Shown here: positions 27,378-32,000 of the stretch, in pieces
Layout: each line of letters begins with the position of its first letter
Position numbering within the stretch: position 1 is the first letter of the stretch
Assembly: GCF_000025945.1 (NCBI RefSeq)
Contig: NC_006138.1
Location: forward strand, 2,820,001 to 2,852,000
DNA: 32,000 nt
Source: Desulfotalea psychrophila LSv54
Lineage (GTDB): Bacteria > Desulfobacterota > Desulfobulbia > Desulfobulbales > Desulfocapsaceae
Direction: 5' to 3'
Position numbers and translations under genes: made by a program
The notes under the pieces: model-generated
Database searches by the model: none
What the model was told of the DNA's origin: nothing
What the model saw: the letters and a program-made list of their open reading frames with translations, nothing else

Positions 27378-28682
27378 CTATTTTTGTGATCGCTCAAAAA
27401 CTTTTAAGGCACAAAACTCGCCACACATGGAGCAGGCATCGGTGGCATCACCACCACCTTCATGACGGTATTGGGCAGATTTTGCAGGATCAATAGAAAG
27501 TTCAATTTGACCCTTCCAGTCAAGTTCCTTGCGACATTTAGCCATGGCATTATCTTTTTCAATAGCACCGGGCAAGCCCTTAACAATATCTGCTGCATGA
27601 GCTGCAATCTTAGAGGCAATAACCCCCTCATGCACATCGGAACAGTTCGGTAATTTCAGATGCTCAGCAGGTGTCACATAACAGAGATAATCGGCACCGG
27701 CAGAGGCGGCAATAGCGCCACCAATGGCCCCGGTAATATGATCATAACCTGGAGCAATATCTGTTACCAGTGGCCCAAGCACATAAAAAGGAGCACCCTT
27801 ACACATCTGCTTTTGCAGAAGAACATTTGCCTTAATCTGATTCAGTGGCATATGACCGGGGCCCTCAACAATCACCTGAACACCAGCAGCCCAGGCCCGT
27901 TCGGTAAGCTCACCGAGAGTAATAAGCTCCTGAATTTGGTTACGATCAGTTGCATCGGCAAGACAACCGGGGCGAATACCATCCCCCAGACTCAAGGTTA
28001 CCTCATGCTCTTTCAAAATAGCAAGAAGGTCATCAAAATATTCATACATTGGATTCTCACGCTTATGGTGATTCATCCAATCCAGGGTAAAAGAACCGCC
28101 ACGACTGACAACACCCATGGTACGAGGTTGATTTTTAAGACGCTCCTGCAGGTGACGATTGATGCCACAGTGAATGGTCATAAAATCAACACCATCCTTA
28201 GCCTGTTGCTCAATCACCTCAAACATGCGCTCAACGGTCATGTCGACAATTTCTTTTCCTGCAGCGACGACCTCAGCGGCAACCTGATAGATAGGCACTG
28301 TTCCCAAAGGGACAGAACAATTCTTCAATATTTCCTGGCGTATCTTCTGCAGATCACCACCCATGGAGAGATCCATAATGGTATCAGCACCAGCTTTTAT
28401 GGCAACAGCCAACTTTTTCAGCTCTTCTTCCAAACTATTGATATCTTTAGATGAACCCAGGTTAGCATTAACCTTGGTCGAGGTACCCGCACCAATAGCT
28501 ATAACCTTAGAAAACGCATGATTCTTATTCTTAGTTATAGCGATGGTTCCATCGCTGACGCCAGCCATCAACCTCTCTACAGACATTGATTCTACGGCGG
28601 CGCATTGCTCAAATAAGGGGGTGACTTTACCCTGTTGGGCATCTTCTCTAATGGACATTTTCTTCTCCAAATTGCGGGTCAA
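27378..28682 (-). CDS. thiC: ThiC family radical SAM enzyme (HMP-P synthase ThiC, or the BzaF/5-hydroxybenzimidazole synthase paralogue)
   Basis: 434 aa with TKVNANLGSS, GADTIMDLSMGG, VPLGTVPIYQ, MTIHCGI, LSLGDGIRPG, EGPGHMPLNQI, TDIAPGYDHI, CSMCGEFC (CX2CX4C-type) C-terminus. Confidence 0.85.
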   Translation of the reverse strand: MTRNLEKKMSIREDAQQGKVTPLFEQCAAVESMSVERLMAGVSDGTIAITKNKNHAFSKVIAIGAGTSTKVNANLGSSKDINSLEEELKKLAVAIKAGADTIMDLSMGGDLQKIRQEILKNCSVPLGTVPIYQVAAEVVAAGKEIVDMTVERMFEVIEQQAKDGVDFMTIHCGINRHLQERLKNQPRTMGVVSRGGSFTLDWMNHHKRENPMYEYFDDLLAILKEHEVTLSLGDGIRPGCLADATDRNQIQELITLGELTERAWAAGVQVIVEGPGHMPLNQIKANVLLQKQMCKGAPFYVLGPLVTDIAPGYDHITGAIGGAIAASAGADYLCYVTPAEHLKLPNCSDVHEGVIASKIAAHAADIVKGLPGAIEKDNAMAKCRKELDWKGQIELSIDPAKSAQYRHEGGGDATDACSMCGEFCALKVFERSQK

Positions 28683-29081
28683 GATATCGCCTCAAACACC
28701 ACATCACATATTATATAACTTCGACAAATCCAAAAGATCATACAGGGAGCAGAGATACAGCCACTCCTCCCGCAAATATCTCCCAGAATAACGACAGCTA
28801 GCTTACTATATAATGTTCTTTAGTCACAGAAAAAGTGACGGTCGCCCTTGCATTTCCACCCCTCCCAGCCAAGCAAACAGGAAAGGCAAAATAAAAAAAC
28901 AGGCCGGCATTATATAAGGATTGAAAACAACAGCTTTTTTTAATTTTCTCCCTTTCATCTCAAAAAAAGAAAACTACTCTGAAAAAATCTTTTTCTTGCC
29001 TTCTATGTTATATACAGTTTTAAAGAGCACTTCTAGCCCCCCATAGAGGGGAATAATAATAACCAAAATTTTCCTACGACC

Positions 29082-29615
29082 ATGATACAAAAAAAATCAA
29101 ATATCATTCTTATCGGCATGCCCGGCTCCGGCAAAAGCACTGTTGGCGTCATCCTCGCCAAAACCCTGGGTATGGAATTCGTTGACACAGATATCCTTAT
29201 TCAGTCTGCTGAGAACAGAACCCTGCAAACTATCGTTGATAATGAGGGACATATCGTGCTCAGGGAGATAGAAGAGAGGGTCCTCTTAACCGTTGATCAC
29301 AAGAAACATATCGTCGCCACCGGTGGCAGCGCTGCCTATAGCGAAGCTGCCATGCTCCACCTCAAGGAGGATGGTATTATTGTTTTTCTCCATGCAGACC
29401 TCGCTGCCCTCTGCGCACGAATACATAACTACGAAACCCGTGGCATTGCCAAGAGACCCGAGCAGAGCTTTGACGATCTCTTTGCTGAGAGACTCGCCCT
29501 CTATAAAAAATATGCTGATATCACCATCCTCAGCTCTGAAATTTCACAGGACGACGTGGTAGAGACGGTGATAAGAGAGGTTGAAAAATATGACTTCCGG
29601 GCAGAAAAGTCTTAA
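29082..29615 (+). CDS. aroK: Shikimate kinase
   Basis: 177 aa with IILIGMPGSGKSTVGVILAKTLGMEFVDTD Walker A, EIEER, VATGGSA. Confidence 0.9.
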   Translation: MIQKKSNIILIGMPGSGKSTVGVILAKTLGMEFVDTDILIQSAENRTLQTIVDNEGHIVLREIEERVLLTVDHKKHIVATGGSAAYSEAAMLHLKEDGIIVFLHADLAALCARIHNYETRGIAKRPEQSFDDLFAERLALYKKYADITILSSEISQDDVVETVIREVEKYDFRAEKS

Positions 29616-29650
29616 AATAGTTGTTATCCCCCCCTCCCATCGACGATAAT

Positions 29651-29992
29651 ATGAAAAAGGCAGGCAAGCGCATCAAAAGAGAAAAGCGAGCAGTAGGTTT
29701 AATGATTCAACTCTACTGCCGACATAACCATCCTGGCCATGAGGGTATCTGTGCCGAATGCGCTGAGCTTCTCGCCTATGCCCATAAACGACTCGACGGC
29801 TGTAAATACGGGGAAGATAAAACTACATGTGGAAAATGCCGAACTCATTGCTATCGGCCTGAAATGCGAATGAAAATCTGCAAGGTCATGCGCTATTCCG
29901 GCCCACGCATGCTGTTTCGCCATCCTCTTATTGCTCTTGGCCATATCTTTGCCGGATTACGAAAACCACGTGACCCATCACACTCTTCGTAA
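29651..29992 (+). CDS. Nitrous-oxide-stimulated promoter family protein (YgbA-like)
   Basis: ATG 29651 (the track start is the TTG at 29621). Cys/His-rich: MIQLYCRHNHPGHEGICAECAELLAYAHKRLDGCKYGEDKTTCGKCRTHCYRPEMRMKICKVMRYSGPRMLFRHP. Confidence 0.8.
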   Translation: MKKAGKRIKREKRAVGLMIQLYCRHNHPGHEGICAECAELLAYAHKRLDGCKYGEDKTTCGKCRTHCYRPEMRMKICKVMRYSGPRMLFRHPLIALGHIFAGLRKPRDPSHSS

Positions 29993-30002
29993 AGGATACA
30001 CC

Positions 30003-30890
30003 ATGAAAATTCTTCTCTCTGGCTCCTCTGGCCTGGTGGGAACTGCCCTTTTAGAAAGGCTTTTCCAGGATGGCCACAGTATTACCTGTCTCAAGAGACA
30101 AAAGGCCGGATCGGACAAAAAAATCTGGAACACAGACAGACTAACAGACGATACTTTTGATGCTGTCATTCATCTGGCAGGGGATAGCATTGTAGGGGGC
30201 CGATGGACCAAAGGCAAAAAACAGCGCATACGTGATAGCCGTATCCTTGGCACAAGAGAACTTGTCCAATTTCTCGGTAAACTAACTACCCCACCAAAGG
30301 TTTTTTGCTGTGCCTCGGCGGTTGGCTACTACGGCAGTAGAGGCGACACCGTTCTGACAGAAAGTAGCCCCAAGGGCACAGGCTTTCTAGCCGATATCTG
30401 TCGCGACTGGGAGGAGGAGGCAGGTAAAATTGCAAGCCGAGGCTGTCGAGTCGTAAACCTTCGCTTTGGCATGATACTCAGCCCAAGGGGCGGTGCCCTA
30501 CAGAAAATGCTACCCGCCTTTCGCTTGGGACTTGGCGGGAAAGTTGGCAATGGCCAACAGATTATCAGCTGGGTGAGCATCCGTGATATAGAGGAGATAG
30601 TGCCCTTTATCCTTGCCCATAGCGAGATAGAAGGGCCTGTAAATGTCGTTTCTCCACAGTCCACGACCAATGCAGAGCTGGGCAAGAACTTGGGAAAGAT
30701 ACTAAGCAAACCCACCTTTATGGTCCTGCCCAGACTTATGGCCTCAATAATTGCCGGCAGTGAAATAACCCAGGAGATGCTTCTGGCAAGCACCAAGGCT
30801 AGTCCGCAAAAATTAGTGGCGGCAGGCTATGAATTCCGCGACAAAAGTCTGAACAAGACCCTCCTCTTTTGTCTGGAAAAGAACGCTTAA
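30003..30890 (+). CDS. TIGR01777-type NAD-dependent epimerase (YfcH-like)
   Basis: MKILLSGSSGLVGTALLERLFQDGHSITCLKR, AVIHLAGDSIVGGRWT, CASAVGYYGSRGD, WEEEAGKIASRGCRVVNLRFGMILSPRGGALQKMLPAFRLGLGGKVGNGQQIISWVSIRDI. Confidence 0.9.
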   Translation: MKILLSGSSGLVGTALLERLFQDGHSITCLKRQKAGSDKKIWNTDRLTDDTFDAVIHLAGDSIVGGRWTKGKKQRIRDSRILGTRELVQFLGKLTTPPKVFCCASAVGYYGSRGDTVLTESSPKGTGFLADICRDWEEEAGKIASRGCRVVNLRFGMILSPRGGALQKMLPAFRLGLGGKVGNGQQIISWVSIRDIEEIVPFILAHSEIEGPVNVVSPQSTTNAELGKNLGKILSKPTFMVLPRLMASIIAGSEITQEMLLASTKASPQKLVAAGYEFRDKSLNKTLLFCLEKNA

Positions 30891-30895
30891 AACAA

Positions 30896-30938
30896 AAAAG
30901 CCACCCATCCCCGACAGGGGAGAGGTGGCTTTTATTTT
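30896..30938. terminator. Bidirectional rho-independent terminator between convergent genes
   Basis: AAAAGCCACC...CCCC-GACA-GGGG...GGTGGCTTTT stem followed by ATTTT on + and AAAA-derived U-run on -. Confidence 0.85.
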
Positions 30939-30951
30939 ACACAGACAGAAA

Positions 30952-31842
30952 TTACTTTCCAGTAATTCTCTCTACTGCCTCGTCATAACGAGCCTTGGTT
31001 TTGACAATAATCTCCTCTGGCAGAGGAGGTGCAGGCGGATTCTTATCCCAGTCAAGACTTGAAAGATAATCGCGCAAATACTGCTTATCAAAACTTTCCT
31101 GACTCTTACCGGGCTCATACTTATCCGCTGCCCAAAAACGAGAAGAATCAGGGGTAAGCACCTCATCGATAAGGATAATCTTACCATCTACTTCGCCAAG
31201 CTCAAATTTTGTATCGGCAATAATAACACCCTTAGTACGGGCATAATCTGCGGCACGGGTATAAAGCGCCTTACTGATCCGGGCAATTTGTTCAGCTTTT
31301 TCGACGCCGACAATTTCCTGCATACGCTCAAAAGAGATATTTTCGTCGTGATCACCAAGCTCTGCCTTAGTAGAAGGGGTAAAGATCGGCTCGGGAAATT
31401 TATCAGACTCCTGCATTCCCTCAGGAAGCTGAAAACCACAAACATTGGTATCTTGCTGATAGGCCTTCCAAAAAGAACCTGAAATATAACCACGAACAAT
31501 ACATTCGATGGGCAGAGGCTTTGTTCTTTTAACCAGAATAGAACGACCGCGCAATTGCTCCGCATAGGGGGCACAGGCCTCAGGATACTCCGTAACATCG
31601 GCAGTAATCATATGGTTATCTACTATGTCAGCAAGCAGATCAAACCAAAAAAGAGATAACTGGGTAAGAATAGCACCCTTACCTGGAATAGCGCTGAGGA
31701 TAACATCATAGGCTGAGATTCTATCGGTTGCAACCATAAGCAACTTATCATCATGCCCAGGAATTGCATACATATCACGAACCTTACCACTGTGTACAAG
31801 GTTCAACTGTGGGAAATCTGTTGTCAACATAGCTTCTGTCAT
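30952..31842 (-). CDS. purC: Phosphoribosylaminoimidazole-succinocarboxamide synthase (SAICAR synthase)
   Basis: 296 aa: LVHSGKVRDMYAIPG, LLMVATDRISAYDVIL, IECIVRGYISGSFWKAY, ILIDEVLTPDSSRFW. Confidence 0.94.
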   Translation of the reverse strand: MTEAMLTTDFPQLNLVHSGKVRDMYAIPGHDDKLLMVATDRISAYDVILSAIPGKGAILTQLSLFWFDLLADIVDNHMITADVTEYPEACAPYAEQLRGRSILVKRTKPLPIECIVRGYISGSFWKAYQQDTNVCGFQLPEGMQESDKFPEPIFTPSTKAELGDHDENISFERMQEIVGVEKAEQIARISKALYTRAADYARTKGVIIADTKFELGEVDGKIILIDEVLTPDSSRFWAADKYEPGKSQESFDKQYLRDYLSSLDWDKNPPAPPLPEEIIVKTKARYDEAVERITGK

Positions 31843-31925
31843 ATTCTACCCTCTTTCGAATACATTTTGTAAGCACCAGTACAAACAAAAAAAGCCAGGC
31901 AGAGCCGGACTTTTTCAGTTACAAA

Positions 31926-32000
31926 TCAATCAACAAAAAATTTCAATTTATCTCGCCTACTCGAATGACGAAGACGATTAAGGGCCTTCTTTTCAATTTG
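31926..32000 (-). CDS. rpoD: C-terminal end of an RpoD-type sigma-70 factor (truncated by window edge)
   Basis: Minus-strand translation from the window end is QIEKKALNRLRHSSRRDKLKFFVD*. It matches the terminal region 4.2 pattern RQIEAKALRKLRHPSRSxxLRSFLD of principal sigma factors. Confidence 0.72.
   Translation of the reverse strand, partial: QIEKKALNRLRHSSRRDKLKFFVD

Noticed and set aside
28683-29081. Possible TPP or cobalamin riboswitch upstream of the thiC-family gene
   Set aside because: No THI-box or B12-box core motif seen on the minus strand by eye. A covariance-model scan would be decisive.
1-32000. CRISPR arrays, prophage or transposase genes, tRNA/rRNA genes, defence systems
   Set aside because: No regularly spaced repeats, integrase/transposase motifs, tRNA-like cloverleafs or recognised defence-gene motifs found. 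Gene content is mostly housekeeping and metabolic.

Overview
The window is ordinary, densely packed bacterial chromosome. Gene style and families suggest a deltaproteobacterial/Desulfobulbaceae-like sulfate reducer, but that is inference and not verified. Main content, left to right: the 3' part of an autotransporter; gpmI; a tightly coupled molybdenum/tungsten-enzyme cluster (uncharacterised 197-aa ORF, moeA, MoeA fused to a periplasmic-binding-like domain, aldehyde:ferredoxin oxidoreductase, MoaD/ThiS-like protein) closed by a strong terminator; uvrC; a decayed methyl-accepting chemotaxis gene; a PilZ / FliK-like / FlhB-C-terminal-like cluster, with the FliK-like gene disrupted or frameshifted at a T6 run; a YciI-like protein; a livKHMGF ABC transporter beside proline catabolism genes (pruA, putA); two tandem FlgO-like lipoproteins; an SDR; a HEAT-like protein; a Cys-rich cNMP-binding protein with no HTH that I can recognise; a thiC/bzaF-type gene; aroK; a YgbA-like protein; a TIGR01777-type epimerase; purC; and the C-terminal end of an rpoD-like sigma factor. 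I found no CRISPR array, prophage, transposase, tRNA or rRNA. No clearly new system is evident. The best leads are the 197-aa ORF translationally coupled to moeA in the W/Mo cluster, the T6 frameshift in the FliK-like gene with an in-frame FlhB-C-like gene one codon downstream, the MCP relic, and the Cys-rich cNMP/PATAN-like adaptor.
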